Program-made: the position numbers and the translations under genes
Notes under the pieces: model-generated
What the model saw: only the letters and a program-made list of their open reading frames with translations
Told to the model about the DNA's origin: nothing
Database searches by the model: none
NCBI GenBank assembly: GCA_043228905.1
Contig: JBHGNT010000003.1
Span: 23,374,001 to 23,438,000 of the forward strand
Origin: Azolla caroliniana
Taxonomy: Eukaryota > Plantae > Polypodiophyta
Direction: 5' to 3'
Length of the DNA stretch: 64,000 nt
In this document: in pieces, positions 49,480 through 63,897 of the stretch
Position numbering within the stretch: position 1 is the stretch's first letter
How the letters are laid out: each line of letters opens with the position of its first letter

Positions 49480-52400
49480 AGCATTATGGAACCCATGATC
49501 TCATACTCGTTAACTTTGCTACCATGGACCATCTCGGCCTTGGATGCAATTTTGTAGCCTCTCTATGTATTTTGTGGAGAAAAAGGATACTATGGCCATT
49601 ATGGAAAGACTTGTTTGCAATCATAACTATGAATATCTATTCTCACCACCTTGATAGCACGCAATCAAAGGAAGTCGGTGACCTTCTACCAAGGTCATGG
49701 TGAACAATTTGGGAGCCAGCAATAGGGGAGGATGGAAACCATGGTGGTATTTGCACTTTGATTCGGGAACATCTAGCCCAAGGCTTAATACACCAAGAAT
49801 CACTTATACTTGGTAGGGCACATTTTTGCACGTTGGCTATCCAAGGGCAATGCTGGAATTTCATGAATGTTTATGCTCCAAATAGCAGAACAGAAAGGGC
49901 AACATTTTGGGAACGCCTCCGCCTACAAGTAGCGGGTGTGGAAGAGTGGTGCATTAGAGGGGATTTTAATATGATCGAATCCATTCACGATAGCTCCAAC
50001 AACAACCCCATAGTTTTACAAGGAAGGGAATGTAAACAATGGGAGAAGTTATGTGTACACCTTAACCTGGGAGACATCTGGCATTTTGACAATTTCCAAC
50101 GAAAAAGGGACTCTCTCTTATTCTCCCGATCAGATGGGCGGAATAGTGGACCCACCCTATCTCGCATTGACTGCATTTATGTGGGCAAGGCTCTAAAAAC
50201 GAAGGGAGGGTGGTGTTGCATAACTCCAGGCACGCCTTTCTCTGATCATTACTCGGTTGTCGGCCATTTTCAATTGCACCAAAAATGGGGCCCATTCCAG
50301 CCTCGCATCCCACACACTATTTACACAGTTATAGAGGTGAAGGAACAACTCTCCAACCAATGGTCATTACCCGTCAATGACTCATCAACATCTTACAAAC
50401 TTCTAGCTAAATTAACTAGAGCTTCAACTCTCCTACATGAGTTTGTCAAGACCAGAAGCAAGGATGCTCAAGAAAAGTGACAGAGGACAAAATGGGGACT
50501 AATAACCTTACAACGACACCAAAAGAGATACCCGTCATGTAGTTGACAAGTTGCCTTGGCCAAACATGAACTCATCATGGTGGAAAAGGAAATATCTGAC
50601 ATGGAGTTTCATGGAAGCATGGCGCGATGGATTCGAGTAGGGGACAAAACCACGAAAGAATTCTTCCACTCCAAATGCCGGAGGCACGCTAGAACAACGA
50701 TGCGTAGCTTCAACCGAGAGGATGGAACAACCACTGAGGATGGCGACGAAATGAGGAATATTGCCACAAGTTACTATAAGCACCTACTTACCGAAGATAC
50801 AATGGTCACAAGGGAAGACATAAGAGAAGATATTATCCTCCAAAGCATACCCGAGAAAGTCACGACGGAAATGAATACATGGCTCATGCGCGCCTTATCA
50901 TTTATCGAGATATGGGAGGCCCTCTTTGATTTGGATGCAGATAGTTGCCCCAGAATCAACGACCTCCCCCTCACTTTTTCACTTGCCTTTGGGACACTAT
51001 TAAAGAAGACCTCCTCCATGCATATGAGGAGATCATCACCTCTGGAAACATGCCAGAGGAATCTGGACACGGGATGATACATCTCATTCCTAAAAGTGGT
51101 GGGAGTGCCAACGACATTAGCAAGTGGCGGCCCATAACTCTTCTCAATACCGTCTATAAGTTGCTCGCAAAAATCATGGCATGTCGTTTAACACCACTTC
51201 TCCCTGAACTCATTCATCCATCCCAGACATGTTTCGTTATAAATCAGAGCATCCTAGACAACCCCTTCTCATTCTGGAAAGCAGTAGCCCTTGCCAAGCG
51301 TACCAACAACAAGGTAGCGGTGGTGCTACTAGATTTTGAGAAAGCATATGACAGGCTATGTTGGAACTTTCTAGAAAGTGTGATGGGGAAATTCGGCTTT
51401 CAAGAGACATGGATCAAAGGTATTGCAGGACTTTATCGGAATGACAGCAGTTGCGTTTCACTGGCAAGTGAAAGGGGCCCCTTTTTCCGAATATCCCGAT
51501 CGGTACAACGAGGATGCCCACTAGCTCCATCCATATTTCTACTATACATTGAAGCACTCTCTTTCTTTCTCAGCTCGCGGCATCTCAACCTACGTGGTCT
51601 TCCAGTGCCTCATTCTCACCAAAGCATCCTAGATATAGAATTTGCAAATGACACAACAGTCTACCTGCAAGGGGACTTGGAAAACCTCCAAAAGCTAGAA
51701 AGTGGGTTAACCGTATTTTGCAAGAGATCCAATGCCATGATCAATTGGCACAAATCCTGTGCAATATGGCTTTCTCATGAAACACATCCTACGTGGCACC
51801 CACATCCCGCTTTCAAATGGATCAATCAAGGAGCGAGCACCAAATGTTTGGGTTTCCAAATTGGTTTCAACATACAGCTGGAGACTATGATTGCACCCGT
51901 TATCCATTCCATTCGACAAAAGTTGATACATTGGAGTTCGAAAAAATTGTCGCTAGCGGGTCGCAAGTGGCAAATCAGGTACTACTCGCAACAACATGGT
52001 ACAGTCTATCATGTTGGACAATCTCCAAGGAAAGTATACATAAGATTCAACGACTAGTACGCAACTACATTTGGTCTGGTAAGGAAGATCAGGGAACTCG
52101 TGCCAAGGTGGCATGGTCTATACTCACAACACCTAAGTCGAGAGGGGGATTGGGTCTTATTGATCCCCTTTCACAATCAAAAGCCGTACTTGCCAAATTT
52201 GTGGTGCGAGAACTCCAACCAGGAAATGACTGTTGGAAACTACTACTACGGTTACGCGTCACTTACTTTAGGCCACGAAAAGGGGTCAATTGGGCCCCCC
52301 AAATGGGATGGATTCTAAACACGAATCTCAAACCTAGTTTCTCCTGCCAATTGGAGGATAGATTAAGTGCATCCATGTGGAAAGCATGGTACGACATTAG

Positions 52401-53822
52401 ATGAGGGCTCAAGTGCAATCAACTGAGTTCCGAACCTGCATGGGTCAGTCAACGTATCCTATGGAACCCATGTATCAAGGATGAATCTAATCAACTACTT
52501 GGATCAAGTAAGGGGTTGTCATGGGGATACATTACAGAAGGTCCAGGAAAAAGTATAGAATGTTGGAGACAGTTTATGTCACTACCACTACAAGATCAAG
52601 CCAACATACTCCGTGGAATCAGGGGCGGATGGACTATGAGATCGGAAATCATTAATGCTCTATTGATTAGGGAAGCTGCTACTCAAAGGCTGACAATGGA
52701 GAAATGGATAGGCTACGAGGAGGAGGGATATTTGATCCCGAGAGGTAGGGGAACACCAGATAGGATCAAAGGCTCTAAATTGCGAGACACCGAGCCCACA
52801 CAGAATCACGCAATTCGAGTACTCACATATACTGGTCATAAATGGATTGTAGACCTTGATCTGATCAAAGTACAACCCGATTGGCACATATGTACTCATG
52901 AAAACACATGGCTCCGTAAGGTCTGTTGGGACCCTTTGCAATGGACATGGTGTGATCCTTACACGGGACGGGGCAAGGAAGCAAACCCATCCCTTTCTTC
53001 CAATTCACAACTAGTTTGGGTCGCCACATTCTAGCTGCTCAAACCGCCCGAGAGCCGGCTGTTGCAAAGGTTTGGCACACATATCAAGTTCCTCACACAA
53101 TTATCACTAAGTTTTGGCAGAAAATCTGGAAACAACAACATGTGAGGCGAATTACCACGTTCCAATGACTATTAATACATAAGTCACTACCAGTGGGAGC
53201 ATGGAAACGTGGGAACCTTAGCTCTCCAAATTGTGTAGAGTGCCCAAATGCAGTAGAATCAATATGACACGCTCTGTGGGACTACCCAACGTCCCATCGA
53301 ATATGGGGGGGGGGGGGGTTGGCCGCTTGTTGCAATTATGCCAGGTGCAAGGCTCAATCAAGTGGGGTAATATATGTTGGCTATCATGGCAGACTCCAGT
53401 TGGCAGATACGAGTATCAGGAGGAGGGGATGTCCACTCAACTCCTCTTAATGACAAATCTCAAGATGTATTGGAATTGATCAACCCAATAACTCTCTGGA
53501 TTCTATGGAAACAATGGTGTAGACGGGTCTTCTCCAACCAAGCCGTGCATCCAACAATGTTTCTGCAAGAGATATGGAGTTAAATTGTAGCCACTCTAAA
53601 GAGCCAATATGATGGCCTTAATGGTGGCTCCGATGGAGTTGAAAGACAACGAATAGCCTTCATCCAACAATGGTTGTCCTCTCCCTTTCTTGAGTCAGTG
53701 GGCATCCACATAAGATGGAACTATCGCGTCCCTAGAGGGATTTTTACATAATGATCTCATTTCTAAAAATTTTAATAACTAATGGAAGGAGTATTTTTTT
53801 GGAAAAAGAAAAAGGAAAAAAG
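49480..53822 (+). mobile_element. 5'-truncated L1-clade LINE (near-complete but frameshifted ORF2, A-rich tail)
   Basis: NVYAPN, GDFN, SRID, SDH (APE); WRPITLLN, LDFEKAYDRL, RGCPLAP, EFAND (RT); zf-RVT remnant; tail AACTAATGGAAGGAG...TTTTTTGGAAAAAG. Confidence 0.9.
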
Positions 53823-56339
53823 AAACTTGTCAAAAGCAGTGGAGTTCCTTATGAACTGAATTAATACACTCACATTTATAATATTAGGATGGTAAAGATA
53901 AATTGCAATCTCATTTTAATGACTTGTTTTTGCTTGGGATTGTGGAGGTGGGTGTGTCGACCACCCAAAATGGTTTCATTGTGCAATTGGCACACACGAA
54001 CAATTATGACAAAATGAGGTCTTAAGTGAGGACTTGGTGGGTGGTTAAGAAAGGGGTGCAAACAACCTTTGGGCCCAAATGCTCAAAATTAGCCATGTCC
54101 CAAAATCACAAATAGCCCAAAAATTCAAATTTTGGTAAGTGCCCTCTACAATCATGCTTTGTGCTAAAAATGACAGAGGGAAGATTGCTTAAAACTAGAC
54201 CTAGGAACTTAAAAAAAGCAATGGAGGAGATAAACTAGAAATGAGAGGTTAGGCTAAAAAGCTTTAGGCCATTTTTACATATTTTGGCCCCCAAAACCCC
54301 CAAAATGATAGGAAAGAGTATCCCTTGTAGTAGCATAAATATATCAATAAAAAAGAGAAAGTAATTAAAAACACACAAATTTAGTGATAAATGGGTTAAG
54401 TTAACTCCTTGCATATTCCACATAGAGGTGGCTTTACACCTTGTAGAATCACGTAAGAACCCTAATAAACCGTTTAATTGATTAATGGTAGAGGCCATCC
54501 TCTTATCGTCGCTTAAGGCATTTCTCCACTTTGTTTGTTTTCTTTTCTAATCATGTGTGGGTCATCTTTCACCATCATGGTTATTGAAAGTAATTTTGGT
54601 TCCAAGGCTTAAACCTACAATGTCTAATTTGAAATCCATACACTTCAACCCATTAAGCTAGAGCTCAAAATCCTTTTCATTGTTTTTCTTATTAATAATT
54701 GTTCCCTTTCTTAATCTAACAACATTGTAGATGTGGATTATATTTGAAGATATATCTATCATCGAGAATTCGTAAAACTCTGCATTCAAACCCCACCATG
54801 TATACGTATGCATAGATGTAACTAGAAGAACTTAGCAAAAAGACCTTGATTATGAGATTTTTCTCATGATGAGTTCTTGACAGAGATATAGTTGTTGGAC
54901 GCTTGATGCATAAAGATTCAAATAAATTGGTCACGATGGATATGACACAAGAATTATGAGAGAACAAAAGTGTAACATTTCAAAGTACACTATCAAGTTA
55001 ATGAAAAACTATCATTTGTAGAGCGTCAAGTTCTCCTTGTAGCTAAACACTATATAATGATAATTAACTACAACCATGAGAGTAGTTAGAGAACAATCAA
55101 TTCACCTAGTCCTCTGACAATGGTACAATGACGCATTAAGCCACAACAATCTAGCTAGAGACCTTGAAATCACACTTATTGGCTTCACATATGAGCTCAC
55201 ATTGTAGCCAAACAAGGATACAATAAAGAATTAGTGGTAGGAACTAAGGCAAAGAATTTGTGTGAAGAAAACTCCTTGAAAGTGGTCAACATCAAGAAAA
55301 AGTGACCATGGAGTTGGAAGAGTTGAAAAACAGTCAATGAGGCCAAGCTTGATGAATGGCAATTTGTAATGCACCAATTGGAAAAACATTTCACAAAGTT
55401 TAAACAACATTACATATATTGTAGTAGATAATATGCAACCTCATGATAGATATCTGCCAATTAATATGAGGGGCTTCACTACAACAAACATGGTAAAACG
55501 TTTTCTTTTTCCAAAAAATAGATACTACATGAGTATTACGAAATGCCGTGAGGCAATACATACAAGATGTACCTTTCAATACTGAGTCACTTCTTCTAAA
55601 TTTTAACTGTTCTCTTAAATAAATACTTCGGTGTAGAGTAGAACCACTCCACCTTATAAAAAATCCATCTATAAAATATGCCTTTGTCCCAAGTGGCATG
55701 ATACATGGTAAAATGTTGCATTCAATTAGTTGTATTAAGCAAAGCAACTCGGTTGTAGTCTAGCATTGTTTACACTATGGTGAGTGGCTTAGTCACCCCA
55801 AAAGTATGCTTACATACAATGCTAAAATGCCCAAGGAAACCTTCCTTAGCTTGACAACTTCAATATGACCAATGCAAACAATGAGAATAAAGATAGGGCA
55901 ACTATGGTGATTAGGATGATAGCCACAAACTTTACAACATCAATGAACTAATATCCCTAGTCCTAACCAACCCAACCAATCTACTCCCCTCACCTACATA
56001 AGACACCCACAAGACACTTTACATTTCCCACCCACTCTCAAATTGGCTCTAACTTTATGTATACGTACATACATACATATAAATGTGTGCATGTGTTGTG
56101 TGTGAATTATCAATTAAGTACCTATCTATTTCTCTAAATCTTTGCCCGATACAAAGTGTGAAGTTAATAACGCATTATCTCGTTTTCATTTGAGATGCAT
56201 TGCCTTTTGAAACCATCATTAAAAAAGAATCATATCATATGAGTTGACTTAGCTGATTGTTACTATTTTATTATAGCTAGAAAGCTTGTGCACGGAAGAG
56301 TTTTGCCCCATGAAGCGAAGCAGAAATTGTGATGAGCAA

Positions 56340-56790
56340 GATGAACATGCTAATGGGAAACTCTCTCCAGAATGAGAAGCTTGATAGAACTAATATTATA
56401 AGTTGGAAGTATAAAATGACTCGATTCCTTGTTGAACGAGGATAGTGGGGCTAGATTGATACTTAGTGCACATCATACATGCCAAATCTAAGAAGCATCA
56501 ACTAAGTTAGGTAACAAGAAGGGACCAGTTATATTATGTACTTAAGTCTAACATAATGTGTACACAATCATATGCTTGGGTATGTATGATATAAAGACAT
56601 TGAAGAATGTATGGGGAATCTATCTAGGATGTTCATTGCCAACAAAACCAAATGCAGTCGTCAACTCTAATAATAGTTTTAAATGACATGCAACAAAGGG
56701 ACATGTTTGCCAATGACTGCACCCTCAAGATCAAGCTGTTTGATTCTCTTGCTTCCATCGAGTATTGGTCGATGAGGAAGAGAGATATTC
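56340..56790 (+). mobile_element. Ancient Copia gag remnant
   Basis: MGNSLQNEKLDRTNIISWKYKM resembles the Copia gag at 27.7 kb (MGSGLPREKLDRNNFASWEYKM); many stops. Confidence 0.6.
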
Positions 56791-57036
56791 AATGAGCAAC
56801 CGCTCTAATGTCACATTTTGTTTGACACACTTGAAAGGGCCAAAATTCAGCAATGGTTTACATTGCACCCTCCAATATATGTGCACGAACCCAACCTTCT
56901 TTCCTTACTTTGAACCTTCATGGTTGGATTTCTTAACTACCCAAAGGATGGTCCTTATAAACTAGTCAACCTTCCCCAACTTGTGCATAAACATATTGAA
57001 GGAAGCTAAAAAATCCACATGACATAAACTTTGGAT

Positions 57037-57947
57037 CCTCTTCTTCTATTTGAAGAGGGTGGTGAATTGATTTTTACAAACAAGGTTGAGCATGGAAATT
57101 GTACTCCCGTTCTCTTGCTTACATGGCAATGGGCCAAAGTTCAAACAATCTTGCCAAAACTAAACTTTGCATCCCAAATCTGCAATGTATAAATGCAAAA
57201 TTGTGTATAAAATTCACCACCCTCTTCTTCTATTTGAAGAGGGTGGTGAATTGATTTTTACAAACAAGGTTGAGCATGGAAATTGTACTCCCGTTCTCTT
57301 GCTTACATGGCAATGGGCCAAAGTTCAAACAATCTTGCCAAAACTAAACTTTGCATCCCAAATCTGCAATGTATAAATGCAAAATTGTGTATAAAATTCA
57401 CCACCCTCTTCTTCTATTTGAAGAGGGTGGTGAATTGATTTTTACAAACAAGGTTGAGCATGGAAATTGTACTCCCGTTCTCTTGCTTACATGGCAATGG
57501 GCCAAAGTTCAAACAATCTTGCCAAAACTAAACTTTGCATCCCAAATCTGCAATGTATAAATGCAAAATTGTGTATAAAATTCACCACCCTCTTCTTCTA
57601 TTTGAAGAGGGTGGTGAATTGATTTTTACAAACAAGGTTGAGCATGGAAATTGTACTCCCGTTCTCTTGCTTACATGGCAATGGGCCAAAGTTCAAACAA
57701 TCTTGCCAAAACTAAACTTTGCATCCCAAATCTGCAATGTATAAATGCAAAATTGTGTATAAAATTCACCACCCTCTTCTTCTATTTGAAGAGGGTGGTG
57801 AATTGATTTTTACAAACAAGGTTGAGCATGGAAATTGTACTCCCGTTCTCTTGCTTACATGGCAATGGGCCAAAGTTCAAACAATCTTCCCAAAACTAAA
57901 CTTTGCATCCCAAATCTGCAATGTTTAAATGCAAAATTGTGTATAAA
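57037..57947. repeat. Young tandem array, ~5 x 184 bp
   Basis: Units start at 57037, 57221, 57405, 57589 and 57773. They are identical by eye except for two substitutions in the last copy. Confidence 0.97.
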
Positions 57948-60900
57948 GACAATAGAATCATAGCACAATTCGTTCTAAACTTTGCATCCAAATTTTGAAT
58001 TTTATTTTGCAAATTGTATATAAATAAAATAGAATCATAGCACAATTGATTCTTTCAAACAAAGTAAAGGATTAGGATGCACATGAAATGTGAGGAGATT
58101 CTATTCTAATCGAAGATTATGTTACTATAATATTTCTGGTTATACTTATAATCCTCCCTTATTGTAGCCAACAAAAAAGAGAAATTTAAAGAGTTGAACA
58201 CATGGCCCATTAATCTAAATCAAATGCATGGACCATTGTTTTAAGAGTGAACTTATGTATGCATGCATGTGGACTCAATGGAGAAACCTAGCCACCATTG
58301 TTAAACATTTGGTGCTTACAAGATCGTGGATTCATAGGTTTTGTGTCCATCGAAATCCTCCACATGAATTCCCCTCCCCCCATGAAATCAAGCAAGACAT
58401 GAGCTTTTAGGACACAACCCATTGCATCACATGCTCTCGTTATCCTTTGAAACGCCAAGCCCAATAGAGTTATCTTTTGAAGCAATATGTTACTCGATAA
58501 AAACATGCATTTGATGTTGGCAATATTCTTCTTTCTTTCTATGGACACATACAACCAACTTCAAACCACCTTCAACTTGTTTTTTGAACATACTTCAATT
58601 TGTGCATTTAATGTACCCTATGTTTTAGGTGATTCACTACAAATGTGCCATGTTGCAATAATGTCACCACATAATTGATTGTTTCTACAAGTCACTATGA
58701 CTCACCATTATCACTTGAAAAAATTACATTGTCATTTCAACTATTCTTTGTCACCATGCCAATTCGAAGAATAGTCAATGGATAATGGATTGCTGATTTT
58801 GAAGAAAAGATAAATTCCAACAATTCTAATAAGTAGAATCACGAAAGCGATGAGCCGACATTTACCTTCATTAAGAAAAAAAGAAGTTATTTGCAATTCT
58901 AGCCCAAGTGCATCATGGGCATGGACATCATGTTCACACAAGTCGTTCATGTGATTGAATAAATTTCCTTGACTAGAACAATAATGGGCATATGAATCCC
59001 TCTCCACCAACTAGCTGTTGTATTTGGCCAAACTTCAATATTTGCTATTGCTTGTGATTACCTTTGTGTTCATTATCATAGCCTAAGTTGTTATCTCATT
59101 ATTGGGGTAAATCAACAATTAATCTATTTTGATTAGTGATCAATGCATGGTTTAATTAGTGAGCCCATTAGCCATTCACTAATTAACCAACTTAATAATT
59201 AGTAATTATGGGAAAACTAATCAATCAACATACTAGGCATGAAGTAACTTGCTTTCTATTTATATCTTAGTATGCATTTGTTAAGCATGATTAGAACTAA
59301 AGGGCATTTGGGTGGATTTAGGAAAAAATGAGGGGAATCTTTACAAATTTGCGAGAGAAAACGGAGGGGGGGCATATCGTTGCGTGTCTCCGTTCTTGTA
59401 CACAGAATGCGAGCAGTTCCGTAGGGAGACAATGGGAGGTTCTCGGAAAATATAAGCAAACATTTGGGAGGGGGTCACGTGGAACATACACAGAGCATTG
59501 TTCGTGTTTCTCTTCTTCGTTTCCAATGTGTGGGAAGCACAGTACGACTGGGGTAAGACATAATAAGTGTGTGGGCCATGTGGGTATTGTGTGTGTTTGT
59601 ATTTATATATGTATAGAGATATATCTAAACTTTTGATGAAACCAAAGAAAGATTAGTAGTAGAGAGAACTCAAAAGGTCTATCATATACATATGTATATA
59701 TATAGTATCAAAACCTAAGTGTTTATTGTAATAAAAATTATCAGGAATTGTGAAGTTGGACCGCCTCCCCTGCTCCCCTCCCCCTCCCCCCAAAAAACAA
59801 TACAAATCAGAGTATTAGTATCTGTAGCAGAATATGAATACGCAGATCAAGAAGAAGGTGATGAAGCAGAGAAATCCCCAGGTCGTCAAAAGAAGACAGG
59901 AAAGTTAGAAGTGTTTGGATACATGGGTAAGTCGAACTCTTCTCTCCAACGCCACATTTTGTGTTCCCACTCTGCTGCTTGAAGCAGCAATGGTATCTCT
60001 TCTGTATTGTTGCTTTCAAATAAAATGAGGAGAATGAAGGAGAGACCTTTCTTAGAATGCTCACTCACATTTGGGGCCTTGTACATACATAAATGCATAG
60101 ATATGCTGCTACATGTACATAAATACATGCATACAAACAAGCGTTTGGCCTATATTTAATTATAACAGAAACGTGTGTACGTACATACAAAATCATACCC
60201 CAAATGGGCAGAAACATTTGTTTGTTTGTATGCATCTATGTACGGATGTAGATTTGTATGCATTTGCCACGGATGTATGTGTCCATGCATGCAAGTATCA
60301 TGTGTATGTACACACATTTACATACATATATCATATATATGGACACATGCATACCTATTATGTACCGAGGCCATCCCATCGGACTAATTTGCATCAACCA
60401 CACATTACTCGATCATTTGCCAGTTGTTGGGCTGGCCTTTTCTGGACACTATCTTAATGGAATGTAATCCATTGACCAGAGCATACATGGAACAGGTAAG
60501 TGGTGATCACGTAGTCAAATTAAGACTCGCAGAGAGAGACGTTGGACAGTGATAGTTAATGACTCTTCATCTCACACAATCTGGATGGCTGTAGGCTCAA
60601 TGAGTCATGACCCACACCATGGGATTAGGGGTGAGGTCAAGTGTGTCCAAGAGTAGACAATGAGAGCCTTGGATCTCATTGACATGACTTTTTAACCTTT
60701 GCCCAGTAGTGCCAGTGAACCCATTTCGATGAGGGACATTGTATTATTAATTGGTTTTTAATGATTTATTCCATGACTTACCACTATGTCAATAGGTGAG
60801 TTTTGTCCTACTCTACATGCCTAGATTTGCAGGCCGTTTTCTTGAAATGAGAAGCTATGAAGATATGCTTACCAAGGGCATGCATGCCCATTTTGGTGGA

Positions 60901-61646
60901 AGTCCCATCTCTTATCATGGGCCTTACACACTATTCTAGACATTGTCTCAAGGACATGTATCCACTATAAGAATTTTGTTTGATACACATTTCCCACATT
61001 CGATTCCTACATTCATGATTTGTTTGCCAGACATTTCTATAAGGAATATGAAACAAGAACCACAGCAAGTCTTTTGCCATTACTGAGAAGCATTAGAGTT
61101 CTTGCATTAACAACAGAGGATGAATGCTGAGGCCTAAAACTAATTGGTATTGATTTCTTGCACATCAAGAACATAGATCCATACAAAAAGGAAGCATTGT
61201 AGTGTAGATGCACATAGGTGTATATAATCAGATGGAAATGAAAATTATTTGGTCAAATTTCAATTTTGATCAAGTTTACAGATTTCTTCTGAGCCCTCTT
61301 GTACATGTGCCACGGGCGTTTGCCCGACTTTTTTATGGCATAGTGGCAATTAATATTTTTACCAGTGGCCAAAAAATGCACACTGAAAGGGTTTACAATT
61401 GTGAAAAAAAATCCTTTGATTTTTTTTTCTAAGGTTGTAAAAACAATGATAAGGATTGAGAGATATACAACAGGTAATTTTTACAAGGGAGGGTCAACAA
61501 TTATCAGCTGAAAATCAAATTGTAAGTGGGCCATCTCAATTCCTTTGTACAAAGTCCTTCCACTTTCTGTTCTTCACACGATGTTATCAGTAGTTTTGTC
61601 ATTTGTTAAACCTTTTCGTTGGTCAAGTCTTGCTTGTTTTCTTTAT

Positions 61647-63897
61647 CTATGTTGTGATAGCTTCTTGCTGCTTGACTTGTGCTGCCCAGAAGGTGTGTGC
61701 TTTGAGAACACGGTCAAGAAGATCTTGCGGCACCTGCTCGCCCCTGCGTTGATGAGGGGCAATATGTGCGGTATGAACAAGTGTCTTCCATTTGTCCTGT
61801 AAAGCAATGCAATTGTAAGAAACCATATTTACTTAATACAGCTCAAGGATATTGTAATAGATAAAACAACACATTGGTTTCGATTAATGCAGGAGCATTG
61901 AAATACTTAAAACCATCTAACGTAAATTATTCAAGCACATCACAATACTTGAGAATATTTGCGTTAGCATTCTAGTGAGGCACTATACATTGGATGATTG
62001 CATACTACGTGTGGTTTTGGCTTTGAAGCATTTTCAAAGTTGTATGTACTATTGATGACTTGTGCTAGATTTTATCATCTTCCTCGAAAGTCAAGTATGA
62101 CCTATGTGACCAAGGGAAACATTTCAATGTAGTGCGTGGAGTTGTGAAGTGACTCATGATGCTAGAGAGCCCATGGTAGATAGGTATATATCTTTTCAAT
62201 GCCCATGGGAGACTGATTGCAATCTATGAGATGGTGCCTAGCCCATGGTGAGGATTGATCCTGGGTTCTATCAATTTTATAAGTTTGATGCTAGAGATAA
62301 ATATCTTTTTAATGTCCACGGTTCACTGATTGCCATCATGAGATGGGTCCCAGCTCATGGTGAGGATCAGTCCTGGATTCTCACAATTTTATGACTTTGA
62401 TGCTATGGTGGAAACCACCAAGCCAATGGTCAGAGAGAGAGAGAGAGAGGAGAGAGAGAACCTTAAGATCCACATAAGTTCTGTGCGTAGCATGATCGAA
62501 TGCCTGTTGCTTTACTTCACGCCACCTGTGTTATACAAAAGCCATGTTAAATGTCAACTGTGTAAAAAAGGCCATATTATTGGTAGAAAAGCAGTATATA
62601 AAGACTATATATAAAAGCTGAAGTTCTAAAAATCAATATGTGAATTGTGTACCTGCCAGTTCCAAGCAATTCCACTGCTTGCACTAATGCAGTCACTTCA
62701 ATAACTGTGAATGGTGTGCGTGTCCTCCGTTTGGTAGAGGTTCCCTGCAAATTTTGTTGAGAAGCCACAATCTCCATTGCTTTAGGATCTTGTAAGACAG
62801 GATGTAAAATAATTGGTTCAATAATAGTTAGTGGTTGAATGCTAGGCGACTGATGAATTGCACCCGGTTCATCAAGTATTGCTGGATCTCTTGTTTCTGC
62901 TTTATAAGAAAAAAAATCCACATATGGAATGGAACTATGATTTAGCTAATCTCACTTTTCTGGCACATCCGTATGCATAAATTACACATATAGATTAGAA
63001 TCTATCACTGCACCTGCAGACCTTTCTTCGTTTGCATGGCTTCTATTGCCAATGTTTATGTTTCCACGCTGCAATGCATACCTGAACATTCATACAAGAG
63101 AGATTAGTAAAATGGCTACTTGATTCATGTAATAATACACACATACGGCGAAAATTTAGAAACAGGGTGTTCATCTCTGCAAACCAGATGGCATATTTAC
63201 ACACTTTGCCTACGTGCACTATGTTGTAATGAATCTGGACACTAGTGGCTAGATTGTCTTTGAAAAAAGACCAAGCTAATATTTTTATTTATGCGTTGTA
63301 CGTCATAGGAGGTTGTAATGAATCATGTTATATGGTATTTTTTCTTTGAAACAAGACTGACGCAAGACAGTAATAATATCTTAAGTTTTAACCCGTAGAT
63401 TTTCGGTTTAGGGTTTAGGGTTTTCAAGGTAATGAAGAGGTACACATTTTTGGAGGTGAGTTTGAATACAGTTTCCAAATATAATGCATACACCAAAAGT
63501 TAGCATATACAATCACCTTTATCCTGATTTCATGTTTCTATTTTATAACTGATGATCAGACAACTTTGGAAATGGATTATATCATAAGCCCTAAATATAA
63601 TTTTGACTTTAATGAATCGTAACTGGAATATTGTTGGTAGGTTTCAGATGCTTACCGTGATTTAGTAGGTTTATCTGTTACATTGGAAAGTGAAGGAAGA
63701 GGGTCTTCCAGTTTCATGAGAGCATTATGGCTACAATTTGGTTCTAGCATAAATTCCAGAGAGTCTAGGCTTTCTTGACATGTAACACCCATTTGAGCAA
63801 GTGTTGTATTCTCATCAGCAATCTTTTGGCCTTCATGAAGAACTCGGACATGCAATCCACCTGCTAATAAATTTATAGCTGTGTCCATCACTGCTCT
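61647..63897 (-). CDS. TRFL: TRFL/TRP-family telomere repeat-binding protein, last five exons (63897-63656, 63081-63014, 62899 or 62896-62653, 62525-62462, 61796-61647); 5' part outside the window
   Basis: Ubiquitin-like segment RAVMDTAINLLAGGLHVRV...LEFMLEPN; telobox Myb KRRTRTPFTVIEVTALVQAVELLGTGRWREVK...HRTYVDLKDKWKTLVHTA; Myb-extension PHQRRGEQVPQDLLDRVLKAH. Junctions are in phase. Confidence 0.95.
63405..63424. promoter_or_regulatory. Intronic telomeric repeats/telo-box (TTTAGGG)2
   Basis: GGTTTAGGGTTTAGGGTTTT in the TRFL intron. Confidence 0.55.

Noticed and set aside
49465-53840. TSD for the third LINE (AAAGTTGCACAAAGCA vs AAACTTGTCAAAAGCA)
   Set aside because: Too many mismatches in A-rich sequence to call.
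57167-57928. Four near-identical 69-aa ORFs; CRISPR-like periodicity
   Set aside because: By-product of the 184-bp tandem repeat. There are no variable spacers or cas genes, and the context is eukaryotic.
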